44,628 nt of DNA, taken from assembly GCA_049520195.1 (NCBI GenBank), contig JBEKQA010000002.1, positions 1 through 44,628 of the forward strand, given 5' to 3'. This DNA comes from Bacteroidales bacterium. GTDB lineage: Bacteria; Bacteroidota; Bacteroidia; Bacteroidales; FEN-979. Positions 8,491 through 18,526 of this stretch are shown piece after piece (within the stretch, counting starts at the first letter, position 1; each line of letters opens with the position of its first letter). The position numbers and the translations under genes are program-made. The notes under the pieces are model-generated. The model did no database searches and was not told where the DNA came from. It saw only the letters and a program-made list of their open reading frames with translations.

Positions 8491-10605
8491 ATGAAAAAAG
8501 TATACACTTGTTTTATGTTCTTTCTTTTCTTACCCGTTTTAATTATTGCACAACTCCAATCTGGTGATGAACACTGGAAACAATTTACTCAAATTAAAGA
8601 AGGTAAATATGTTTCCTCAATTGCTCATTCTGGGTCAGTTTATGCATGTTTTCAAGGAGAAACACCTACGACTTCAAATTCATATACAATTTATCAAATA
8701 TCTGAAAATGATGTTAAAGTGTATTCTCAAATTACACTTTCAGGTGATATTTATGGCCCGGGAGCTCAAATTACCTCAATGACATTTTTCAATAATGAAT
8801 TAATAGTAGCAGGAGTTTTTCAAAGAGTAAATGACAATTTAGCAAAAGGATGTGCAAGGTGGGATGGTGAGAATTGGAGAAGTCTTGGTTTAGGAATAGA
8901 AGGACTTGTCCTAAGTTGTGTTTCGTCAGAAAAAGAAGTCTTTTTCTATGGAATATTCGACAAAGCGGGGGGACAACCCGCACGAAGTTTTGTCAAATGG
9001 GATGGAAGTAGATGGTCAATACTGGCAAATATAAATTGTGATCAAGTCAAAATTGACTATAAAAAACCAATTTATAATGACTGGTATAACATAGGACGGT
9101 TGACCTTTTTTGATAATTATATTTATGCTGTTGGATGGATCGTGCATCCAATTCAGGGATACGACTATGTGTCAAAATGTAAGGATTCAAAATTCTTTAC
9201 TGGTCTTGTACGATATGTCATCTCAGAAAACAGATGGGAACAAGTTTTCCCATTTCAAAGGCCTTCCAGAGAAATTCCTAAGATTTATGGAATCAGTGCT
9301 TTTCTTGTTGTCGATAAATCTGTTTACATGGCGGGAATATTTGGAACAACAAAAGAAATCTCAATAAAAAAATTTGAAGATAATAAATGGACTTCTCTCG
9401 GAAATATTCAGGAACAAGGTACTGTCGAAAGTATAGTCTTTGTAAATGACGCTTTATATATTGGAGGCACATTCTCTGGAATAACAAATACTGTAGCTCA
9501 CAATATTGCAAAGTGGGATGGAACGAAATGGAATTCATTAGGTAGTGGTTTATCTGGAGGAATAAAAGGAGAAGTCCAAGTTGTAACAAAACCAAAACAC
9601 CCTGATGTACTGGAGTTCCCTCAAACTGATGTAGTAAAATGCCTTTATAATATAAATAATTCAATACTGACCCTCGGAAATTTTAACAAAGCAGGAGCAA
9701 TTTCGTCAAAGTATATCGCGGACTGGAATGAATCCGTTTCAATAGAAAAACCTAATTCTGATTCTTTATATAAGATCGCCGAAGAGAATTTCTATAATTC
9801 TAATGGGGCAAGTGCACTCGAGGAAATTAATCAAGCCATCGAAATGAATCCGAATAAACCAGAATGTTATTTATTGCGAGGAAGAATATATAGTAGCAAG
9901 TTAGAGAAATATGATGGCTCTAATGTACGTGATTTGGGAGCTGAAATTCAATCTATGATAAGGGAGTATATGAATAAAGCGGAAAATGATTTCAACACCG
10001 CAATTAAACTAAAACCTAATTGGGTCGAAGCATATATTCAAAGAGGATATTTGGGATATTTAGCATTGTCTAATCCATATCCATCCAAGATAAATGCTGA
10101 AGAAGATTTGGAAATGGCATCTCAATTGGATTCGGGAAACCCTTTCGCCTATTATTGTTTGGGCCTATATTATCGTAAGGAAAACTCTGAAAAAGCGGTA
10201 AGAAATTTCCAAGACGCTATAAAGTATTCTAAAACTCAGTTCATAACTGATTTGTCAAATTTTTATTTGGCTGAATACTACTTTCATAATGGGTCATTTC
10301 AGGAATCCATTAATTATATTAATGAGTTTCTTAAAAATGGTACTCAAGAAAATTGGTATTGGGCTAGGAGATATCGGGGGATGTCGAAATACAATTTGAA
10401 TGATTTTGATGGAGCACTTAAAGATTTTAATGACATATTATCCAAATTTCCTAATGATAAAGCGGTTGCTGATATTTATCGGTTCAAAGCTAGAATTTTG
10501 TTTAAAAAATCAGGAAACTTCAAGGACGCTTGTCCAGATATGAAAAAATCAAGTAACCTTGGAGACGAAGAGGCAACGAAATTCATGGAAGAAGTATGTA
10601 AATAA
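8491..10605 (+). CDS. secreted protein with N-terminal beta-propeller-like repeats and C-terminal TPR repeats
   Basis: Signal peptide MKKVYTCFMFFLFLPVLIIAQ. Recurrent blade-like motif hYhGGxF...A+WDGxxWxSLG (RWDGENWRSLG, KWDGSRWSIL, KFEDNKWTSLG, KWDGTKWNSLG). The C-terminal ~280 aa has TPR-like A/Y/N periodicity. Confidence 0.8.
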   Translation: MKKVYTCFMFFLFLPVLIIAQLQSGDEHWKQFTQIKEGKYVSSIAHSGSVYACFQGETPTTSNSYTIYQISENDVKVYSQITLSGDIYGPGAQITSMTFFNNELIVAGVFQRVNDNLAKGCARWDGENWRSLGLGIEGLVLSCVSSEKEVFFYGIFDKAGGQPARSFVKWDGSRWSILANINCDQVKIDYKKPIYNDWYNIGRLTFFDNYIYAVGWIVHPIQGYDYVSKCKDSKFFTGLVRYVISENRWEQVFPFQRPSREIPKIYGISAFLVVDKSVYMAGIFGTTKEISIKKFEDNKWTSLGNIQEQGTVESIVFVNDALYIGGTFSGITNTVAHNIAKWDGTKWNSLGSGLSGGIKGEVQVVTKPKHPDVLEFPQTDVVKCLYNINNSILTLGNFNKAGAISSKYIADWNESVSIEKPNSDSLYKIAEENFYNSNGASALEEINQAIEMNPNKPECYLLRGRIYSSKLEKYDGSNVRDLGAEIQSMIREYMNKAENDFNTAIKLKPNWVEAYIQRGYLGYLALSNPYPSKINAEEDLEMASQLDSGNPFAYYCLGLYYRKENSEKAVRNFQDAIKYSKTQFITDLSNFYLAEYYFHNGSFQESINYINEFLKNGTQENWYWARRYRGMSKYNLNDFDGALKDFNDILSKFPNDKAVADIYRFKARILFKKSGNFKDACPDMKKSSNLGDEEATKFMEEVCK

Positions 10606-10653
10606 CTAATAATGGTAAAAATGAGAACAAGTCTGATTATTTCCTTAATACTT
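10465..10653 (+). repeat. junction repeat copy A (intact 3' end of the TPR gene, its stop, and a truncated signal-peptide start)
   Basis: Aligns by eye over about 185 bp with 12318..12500 (roughly three-quarters identity). Its core, GAAATTCATGGARRAAGTATGTAAATAACTAWAAATG, also matches 11449..11488. Confidence 0.75.
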
Positions 10654-10686
10654 ACTTTTTTGTGCGGAATTGATTCATTTCATTGA
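10612..10686 (+). pseudogene. 24-codon remnant ORF encoding only a signal peptide (MVKMRTSLIISLILTFLCGIDSFH*)
   Basis: Nucleotide-homologous to the 5' end of gene 12468 (MKTKVIITLILLWLG...) but terminates after 24 codons. Confidence 0.45.
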
Positions 10687-10717
10687 TGGTATAAAATAAT
10701 CTATAAAACTTATAAAT

Positions 10718-11389
10718 ATGAAAAAATCAATTTTTCTGATAACCATTCTGATGGGGTTATCAATGGCAGTTAATTCTCAGAACCAACAACTTAAATCAGT
10801 TACAGGAACTTTTGTCAAAGCGAATGCTTTTGAAGCATCTTTCAACGTGATATTTGAGAATGAATCAGGTAAAGAAATCTCATTCTCAATAAACGGCGAT
10901 TATAAAATTAATGGGAAAAATATCATTAAATATGATCCAACACTTGTTGATCATAACAAACCCGGATTCTCTGGTGATGACGGTTATATAGCAAATCCTG
11001 AATTCGTCAATAAAAAAATGAAAGTGACATATAAATTAGTTAAAGTTTCGCAAGAGGAGAAGGATCGAGGAATTGAGGATTACGAACAAGTAGTCAAATT
11101 GGAATTGATTTCATCCGATCAAGGACAAACAGCATCTGCAACATGGATGGTAATTTTTGGTTCATTTAAAACCCAAAATGAAGCGATAAATTCACAGAAA
11201 CAGTTCATGACAAAGTATCAACTTCAAACCGAAGTGTTGAATTCTAACAATTTTCAAAATTTGACTAAGGATCTCTTTATTGTTGTCGGTGGGAAAAATC
11301 TGACAAATGTCTGTGCTAAACAACTTTTGGATAAGATAAAGGGGATGAAAATTGAGGGATATATAAAAGATGGAGGTTTGATGAAATAA
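10718..11389 (+). CDS. secreted protein with possible C-terminal SPOR-like (peptidoglycan-binding) domain
   Basis: Signal peptide MKKSIFLITILMGLSMAVNSQ. The C-terminal WMVIFGSFKTQNEAINSQKQF...LFIVVGGKNLTNVCAKQLLDKIK resembles the beta-alpha-beta-beta SPOR pattern. Weak, judged by eye only. Confidence 0.65.
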   Translation: MKKSIFLITILMGLSMAVNSQNQQLKSVTGTFVKANAFEASFNVIFENESGKEISFSINGDYKINGKNIIKYDPTLVDHNKPGFSGDDGYIANPEFVNKKMKVTYKLVKVSQEEKDRGIEDYEQVVKLELISSDQGQTASATWMVIFGSFKTQNEAINSQKQFMTKYQLQTEVLNSNNFQNLTKDLFIVVGGKNLTNVCAKQLLDKIKGMKIEGYIKDGGLMK

Positions 11390-11446
11390 TGGAGAAAATG
11401 GTCAAATTGATTATCATTAGTCCGGTGTAAGTTGAATACTATAATC

Positions 11447-11505
11447 TAAAGAAATTCATGGAGAAAGTATGTAAATAACTAAAAAATGAAAATTATGAAA
11501 ACAAT
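11447..11505 (+). repeat. junction repeat copy B (short fragment of the TPR gene 3' end, stop, and next gene start)
   Basis: AAAGAAATTCATGGAGAAAGTATGTAAATAACTAAAAAATG matches the last ~25 nt plus stop of gene 8491..10605 (KFMEEVCK*) and its downstream spacer. Confidence 0.7.
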
Positions 11506-12271
11506 TAGTCAAATTCTTGCAATAATCCTCCTTTTTATAGGGGTGTATTCTACAACTGGCCAAACAAAGTCTAATGTAAATACTAATAATACAGTCCAAA
11601 ATAATCTAGGGAAAGTCAATCTTTATGCTGGTATGAATTCTTTTGAAGGAATCTATGACAAATCTAAAGTGACCGAATTACAATTAAAAAACACATGGGA
11701 TTTAATTAATAATCTATCTAACTATACTGATCTTGAATCTCAACTTCGTTTAATGTACCTCAAACCCGAAAATTTAAAAAATATTAATACCGAGTCTTTA
11801 AAAAAAGAATATTCAGAAAAAATAAACCAATTAAAGAAATTAGATATTATCAAATCCATATTCTGGGAAGATCTTAGGGAGGATGTTTTAAAAGAGATCG
11901 AACAAGAATTTACATACACAGAAACTATCATTCAAAGTTTTAAGAATCCGGAAAAACTTAAACAGTATGATTCTTTAAATGTTTGTGCAAAATTCACTGA
12001 TGCTTTATTAAAGGGCGGCGAGCAATTATTGATAACATGGAAGGAATTGAACCAAGAACAACAAAAAAATAATGCTTGTCCTGAGTGTGTAATAAAGGAA
12101 TTTAATCAAAAGTATAATTCTCCTAATAAATTGGATTATGCTCGCATCGAAGTGGTTACCTTTGGCTGGGGAAATTGTATTACTTTAAAATCGTATGTTC
12201 CAGATTGGAAGTTACTTGATGCAGAATTCAGAAAAATCTTCATTAAGATTAACGACAACGCAGGAATTTAA
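11486..12271 (+). CDS. secreted hypothetical protein
   Basis: Signal peptide MKIMKTISQILAIILLFIGVYSTTGQ. No domain recognised. Confidence 0.65.
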   Translation: MKIMKTISQILAIILLFIGVYSTTGQTKSNVNTNNTVQNNLGKVNLYAGMNSFEGIYDKSKVTELQLKNTWDLINNLSNYTDLESQLRLMYLKPENLKNINTESLKKEYSEKINQLKKLDIIKSIFWEDLREDVLKEIEQEFTYTETIIQSFKNPEKLKQYDSLNVCAKFTDALLKGGEQLLITWKELNQEQQKNNACPECVIKEFNQKYNSPNKLDYARIEVVTFGWGNCITLKSYVPDWKLLDAEFRKIFIKINDNAGI

Positions 12272-12317
12272 GGATACATCATATATAACTTTTTATCATT
12301 AAATTTTTAATTGATAG

Positions 12318-12500
12318 GTTGCAAACATTTATCAATTCAGAGCTAAAATATTAATTACTCGGAAACTTCAAAGATGCTTATCCAGATATGAAAAAGACAG
12401 TTAACTTGAGGATTATAAGACACGAAATTCATAGAGGAACTATGTATATAACTTAAAAATTGTAAAAATGAAAACAAAAGTGATTATTACTTTAATACTC
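12318..12500 (+). repeat. junction repeat copy C (frame-broken copy of the last ~140 nt of the TPR gene, spacer, and 5' end of gene 12468)
   Basis: GGTTGCAAACATTTATCAATTCAGAGCTAAAATA...GGAAACTTCAAAGATGCTTATCCAGATATGAAAAAGACAGTTAACTTGAGG...GAAATTCATAGAGGAACTATGTATATAACTTAAAAATTGTAAAAATGAAAACAA aligns with 10465..10653. The copy no longer maintains the reading frame. Confidence 0.75.
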
Positions 12501-13109
12501 CTTTGGTTAGGAGTAGTTCCTTTTCAGGGACACACACAAAAACCAACATTAAGAGTATTTACACTTGATCAAAGTATTTTCTCTTGTGGTGATGCTGATG
12601 TTCTAATCGTACTTTTCTTTTCTTCGGATTCTGTGAAAGGAATCCAACAGACCTTTGGGGCAGAAGGAAACGAAATCTGTGCAGAACCTTCAGGTTGTTA
12701 TCTTGGGAAAGTTTCTCAGCAATCAATAACTGGAAGTTTCTTACCGGACTATTTCAATAACGTATTTAAATCCCCTTTGACATTCAAACTTACTCTTAAC
12801 AATAATATGCTTGATGTCTCAAAAAATAATGGCACAAAATATTCATTTATTGAAGCTGATACACAAGGATGGATGTATACTACTTCATCAATTAACTTAC
12901 GAGAAAAACCCTCCTCAAATTCAAAAATATTGACTAAAATACCAAAAGATCAAACAGTCTATCTTCTTGAATTTGGTTTCTATAGAACAATCGGAGATAA
13001 AAAAGGGTTTTGGACAAAAGTAAAATTTGGTGATCAGGAGGGATGGGTGTTTGGATCATATTTAATGCACACTGATTCAAATACTGGCGAAGAAGGAGTT
13101 GGTAATTGA
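12468..13109 (+). CDS. secreted protein with C-terminal bacterial SH3 (SH3b-like) domain
   Basis: Signal peptide MKTKVIITLILLWLGVVPFQGHTQ. The C-terminal INLREKPSSNSKILTKIPKDQTVYLLE...GFWTKVKFGDQEGWVFGSYL matches the SH3_3 pattern. Confidence 0.75.
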   Translation: MKTKVIITLILLWLGVVPFQGHTQKPTLRVFTLDQSIFSCGDADVLIVLFFSSDSVKGIQQTFGAEGNEICAEPSGCYLGKVSQQSITGSFLPDYFNNVFKSPLTFKLTLNNNMLDVSKNNGTKYSFIEADTQGWMYTTSSINLREKPSSNSKILTKIPKDQTVYLLEFGFYRTIGDKKGFWTKVKFGDQEGWVFGSYLMHTDSNTGEEGVGN

Positions 13110-13307
13110 ATTTTATCACTTTTATCGATTTTAAAGGACTCCACCATTTTCACATCAAGCACCTCAAGAAATATAACCAAACCCAAATCGTGATTTTAAA
13201 TATCTACGAATATCTTTCTATAATCATAGAAAAATCCTCCTGAAGTAATTCTCTCATTCTAACCAGTTTCGTTTTTTTTACCCATCTGCCACAATTAATT
13301 TTGTGGT

Positions 13308-15005
13308 ATGAAAAAGACACCGACTTTCAAACCTGCTTCTATCCTCGAGCATATAGAGTTTATAACAAACAAAGCCCGAGGATCATCTCTTACGGATGAT
13401 TTCATCAATGTAGTACAAGAATCAACACAGGCAGTAGGAGAATTCTTAGGTTGTGCACCGATAGAAGCACTTTATTTTTCAGTCATATGCAGTCTGAACT
13501 TCAGAGCACAGTATGTAGACATTGAGGATCTTTCTGATTTCTTCGAAGTTCACCCGATCAGTATTCTTCGAAATATTGAAGTGTTCTCTAATCTCGTTAA
13601 ACTCGGGCTGTTAAGAAAAGATATTGGGGAACGAAAGAGACGGAGAAGATGTCCCGACAGAATGAGTACTATAAAGCTTTACATACCACGCGAGGTTTTT
13701 AAGTCAGTTGTTGATGGAGTAAAACCAGAATTAACACCTAAAACTACAAAAGTAACAGCCTTTGATTTCTTGGGGATTGTTTCAGATTTGGTTGAAGAAC
13801 GAGATAATGAAATTATCTCCTTTGATGAAATGATGGAAGAAATCAATCAACTTTTTGTCGATAATCCAGAACTTGAATTGATCAAACATCTTGGGCAGTT
13901 GAATCTTGAAGCTGATGATCTTATTATTTTACTCTATGTCCTTTCCGAATATGTTACCTATGAACCAACTGTCGATTTGGCAAGAACCATTAGAGGACTT
14001 TTTGATGATGCGAATACTCAAATGGAGATTCGTCGCTCTTTTCTACAAGGGAAACATGAACTGATCAGAAAGAATCTTATTAAATTATCGGATGGTAATT
14101 TTAAATCTGATAAGACCATCGAACTCACCGAAAATGCAATCGATCTGCTAGTGCCGGAGAAGGAACTGTTTGTTAAGAAAGAAAGTCGGCAGGTGAATTT
14201 AATTCTCCCTAATGAAATTGATGAACGGAAACTTTACTTTTCTCCCGAATTGACTAAAAACGTTGACTTCCTTTATGAGGCCTTAAAACCGGCCAGATTC
14301 CGGGAAATTTCATCACGATTAATTGATAATGGTCTAAAAGGTGCGTGCACAATTTTACTTTATGGGAGGGCGGCAGGCACAGGGAAAACAGAACTCATCA
14401 AACAATTAGCTAAGACAACAAATAGACCATTAAAGATGGTTGTCATCTCTGAGCTTCGCTCTTACTGGTATGGGCAAAGTGAAAAAATTCTTAAGCAGCT
14501 GATGACTGATTATTATAACAGCGTTCAAAACAGTGAAGTTTCATCAATTTTGCTTTTTAACGAATGCAACTTCTCAACTCGTAAAACAAATGGGAATAAT
14601 TCCACGGATTCTACGGAAACAAACATTATCAACATTCTACTTCAGGAATTTGAAGATCTACATCCCAACAGCATTGTCTGTTGCACAACCAACATATGTG
14701 AATCACTCGATCCATCCTTCTCCCGCCGATTTTTAATGAAACTACATTTTGATGCACCATCAACAGAAGCAAAACTTCACATCTGGCTTGATCGTATTCC
14801 GACATTGAGCGAAAAAGAAGCGTGGGATTTAGCTGAAAAATTCAGCTTGACCGGTGGAGAAATCGATAACATTTGTAAGAAATACCATATGAATCAAATC
14901 CTTTATGGAAATTATCCCGGTCTTGAGGATATGGAAAGGTTTTGCAGGGAAGAAACACTGGTAAAAAACACTGCAAGGAAGAGGATTGGGTTCGTGAGTG
15001 GATAA
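13308..15005 (+). CDS. classic-clade AAA+ ATPase with a ~330-aa uncharacterised N-terminal region
   Basis: Walker A in LLYGRAAGTGKTELIK; YGQSEKILKQL; Walker B position ILLFNEC (N where D is usual); sensor-1/second region of homology CCTTNICESLDPSFSRRF. Confidence 0.85.
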   Translation: MKKTPTFKPASILEHIEFITNKARGSSLTDDFINVVQESTQAVGEFLGCAPIEALYFSVICSLNFRAQYVDIEDLSDFFEVHPISILRNIEVFSNLVKLGLLRKDIGERKRRRRCPDRMSTIKLYIPREVFKSVVDGVKPELTPKTTKVTAFDFLGIVSDLVEERDNEIISFDEMMEEINQLFVDNPELELIKHLGQLNLEADDLIILLYVLSEYVTYEPTVDLARTIRGLFDDANTQMEIRRSFLQGKHELIRKNLIKLSDGNFKSDKTIELTENAIDLLVPEKELFVKKESRQVNLILPNEIDERKLYFSPELTKNVDFLYEALKPARFREISSRLIDNGLKGACTILLYGRAAGTGKTELIKQLAKTTNRPLKMVVISELRSYWYGQSEKILKQLMTDYYNSVQNSEVSSILLFNECNFSTRKTNGNNSTDSTETNIINILLQEFEDLHPNSIVCCTTNICESLDPSFSRRFLMKLHFDAPSTEAKLHIWLDRIPTLSEKEAWDLAEKFSLTGGEIDNICKKYHMNQILYGNYPGLEDMERFCREETLVKNTARKRIGFVSG

Positions 15006-15144
15006 AAAACCTTATTGAAAAGATGACAGAATGACAGAAAAGGAATCGTCATAAATCACAGAAAAACAAATACATACAAATTTGGGTATTTGATAGTAAA
15101 TAATGGATAATAAACATTAGTTAAAACACCACTGTAAAAGAATT

Positions 15145-15723
15145 ATGAAAGTAGCAATCTACGCAAGGGTCAGTACTAAAACGAAAGGTCAGGATGTAGA
15201 GAACCAATTGATGGTTCTACGGGATTACTGCATTAAGATGGGTCATACAGTATACCAAGTATATACCGATCAAGAAAGTGGTAGTAAGTCAGACCGGCCT
15301 GCTTTCAATCAGCTTTTCTCTGATGCTGCAAAACGAAGATTTGACCTTTTACTTTTCTGGTCACTTGACCGATTCTCAAGAGAAGGCACTCGTAAAACTA
15401 TTTTCTTACTTCAACAACTCGATGATTATGGCGTACTTTACAAATCTTACAGCGAACAATACCTCGATTCAAGTGGGATTTTTAAAGATGTTATTATCTC
15501 AATCCTTGCAACACTGGCCAAGCAGGAACAGATACGATTATCGGAACGGGTTCGGGCAGGGTTAGAAAAAGCGAAATCAAAAGGGAGGATTGGCGGTCGT
15601 CCACACATTTCACAGGACACTATCAGCCAAATCGGCATTCTTGGTCAAAGAGGTCTCTCCCTTCGAAGCATCGGTAAGAGATTAAATGTGAATCATAGAA
15701 CGGTGGCTAAGTATTTGAGCTGA
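15145..15723 (+). CDS. small serine recombinase (resolvase/invertase family) with C-terminal HTH
   Basis: N-terminal MKVAIYARVSTKTKGQDVENQ (catalytic Ser motif), DRFSREG, and a C-terminal HTH-like GLSLRSIGKRLNVNHRTVAKYL. Confidence 0.9.
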   Translation: MKVAIYARVSTKTKGQDVENQLMVLRDYCIKMGHTVYQVYTDQESGSKSDRPAFNQLFSDAAKRRFDLLLFWSLDRFSREGTRKTIFLLQQLDDYGVLYKSYSEQYLDSSGIFKDVIISILATLAKQEQIRLSERVRAGLEKAKSKGRIGGRPHISQDTISQIGILGQRGLSLRSIGKRLNVNHRTVAKYLS

Positions 15724-15759
15724 TAACCACGGCCGATTCATAACCGCCGACCCATTTAG

Positions 15760-16233
15760 ATGCAAAATATTGGGGAGGGAGTGGTGAAACTATTTTTTTA
15801 TCTCACCGATTTTTCTTATATTAGTAATTATAATACCAATTTAGTGATTATGATACCAAGTAGAATTAGGAAAAGTAAAAAACAAATATTGTCTTTGTTT
15901 GAATACTTGAAAGAGTCTGGTGTTACCTGTGAAGTAGACCTTTATTATTTGGATGAAGATTTTAAACCGAATGGAAGGAAGGGTGTACACATCGACCTTA
16001 ATAAAATACCGATGAATATCATCAATGGAGAAGAAAACTATATTCTGTCAATAATTATTCATGATACATACAGTTTCGTTCTTGAAAATCATCGACCTCA
16101 GAGTAATGGAATTACTATTAATCAAATTGAACTGTTAATGGACGAGTGTTACGGAGAAGAAATTATTAACTATAAAAGATTGACAAGGTTGAATGATATC
16201 CTGAATGACCCCAATCCACACCCATTGATATAG
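15760..16233 (+). CDS. hypothetical protein (true start may be Met31 at 15850)
   Basis: ORF track only. The N-terminal 30 codons cover the tandem repeat and may be non-coding. Confidence 0.4.
   Translation: MQNIGEGVVKLFFYLTDFSYISNYNTNLVIMIPSRIRKSKKQILSLFEYLKESGVTCEVDLYYLDEDFKPNGRKGVHIDLNKIPMNIINGEENYILSIIIHDTYSFVLENHRPQSNGITINQIELLMDECYGEEIINYKRLTRLNDILNDPNPHPLI
15821..15860 (+). repeat. tandem 20-bp direct repeat (2 copies, 17/20 identical)
   Basis: TTAGTAATTATAATACCAAT / TTAGTGATTATGATACCAAG, about 100 bp downstream of the small recombinase stop. Confidence 0.6.
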
Positions 16234-16583
16234 ACACAAGGTCAAGGTGAGGTATCAGCAATCACCTATTCTTCCAAGATTTTCGAGTAATCGATGATAG
16301 AACCAAATTTATTCATGTTTTACAAGACAGTACCATACGTTTCAACCTTGCAATGTCAATGACCACATACAGCGGCCTGTTTTTGGCGATATTTCTTGAA
16401 ATATTCACCCGGTAGATTTTCAGTGTTTTTCTAAAACGCGTTTTTTTTCAACCAGCATTTTCAGATTTTTGTCTCTGAAAATAGTTAGATATTTTAAACT
16501 TTTTTTTCAATCCTTCATATATGTGGATATCCGACCTCGGTTAGATATTATTCCATCAGGGACAAAAAAGAATCCATGAATGA

Positions 16584-16761
16584 ATGTTTGAAAATGAAGA
16601 AAAAGATGTTTATGATGAATTATTCAAAGCCGCAAAGTTCACAAATGATGAATTAAAAAAATATCCGGTATGTAAGAATTTTACTGAAGAAGAATTAACG
16701 AGAATGTCAGACTTTCTGTTTGATTTAGGCATCATAGCCCAAAAAATAATGATCGAATGTA

Positions 16762-16769
<8 letters not shown>
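16584..16769 (+). CDS. small acidic hypothetical protein (61 aa) overlapping the large serine recombinase start by 8 nt
   Basis: ORF track. The ATGAATGA overlap with the downstream gene suggests coupling. No motif recognised. Confidence 0.4.
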
Positions 16770-18436
<1,667 letters not shown>

Positions 18437-18526
18437 CTATATTTTTATTTACCTTTGTTTTTTTCTTAAGGAGTGCAAAGATAGAATTTGTTTCAATGTT
18501 CTCCAAATTTTCATTTATTTAATCAT

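Noticed and set aside
3713-9664. Many antisense or out-of-frame ORFs in the supplied track that overlap long, motif-bearing genes, for example 3713..3976(-), 3864..4160(-), 4173..4391(-), 4575..4769(+), 5030..5302(-), 5446..5739(-), 7279..7482(-), 8546..8782(+) and 9293..9664(-). Equivalents occur throughout the right half.
   Set aside because: Each lies inside a longer ORF that carries recognisable domain motifs. Their sequences are low-complexity or hydrophobic shadows typical of non-coding frames, and no motif supports them.
13289-13306. Short palindromes near gene starts:
- CCACAA-TTAATT-TTGTGG before the AAA ATPase ATG;
- TTGTTAAA-TT-TTTAACAA at 37021..37038 upstream of the SQR-like gene;
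- CGATATGC-N8-GCATATCG at 40347..40370 between the porin gene and pssA;
- CCCACAAC / GTTGTGGG at 3503 and 3628.
   Set aside because: Arms are only 6-8 bp. Roughly ten or more such inverted repeats are expected by chance in 44 kb of AT-rich DNA, so on their own they are not evidence for operators.
16234-16583. Repeated 10-mers (GTTAGATATT at 16484 and 16540; ATTTTCAG-N-TTTT twice) and a TTTTCAGA/TCTGAAAA hairpin upstream of the large serine recombinase operon.
   Set aside because: A single exact 10-mer repeat within 60 bp is expected a few times by chance in a window of this size and composition. Noted as a possible promoter or att-related region but not reportable as a feature.
18476-18483. 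TATCTTTG (a TAnnTTTG-type -7 box) on the minus strand 40 bp upstream of the tRNA 5' end.
   Set aside because: A single 8-mer match with four fixed AT-rich positions is common by chance, and no -33 element was identified. Kept out of the feature list.
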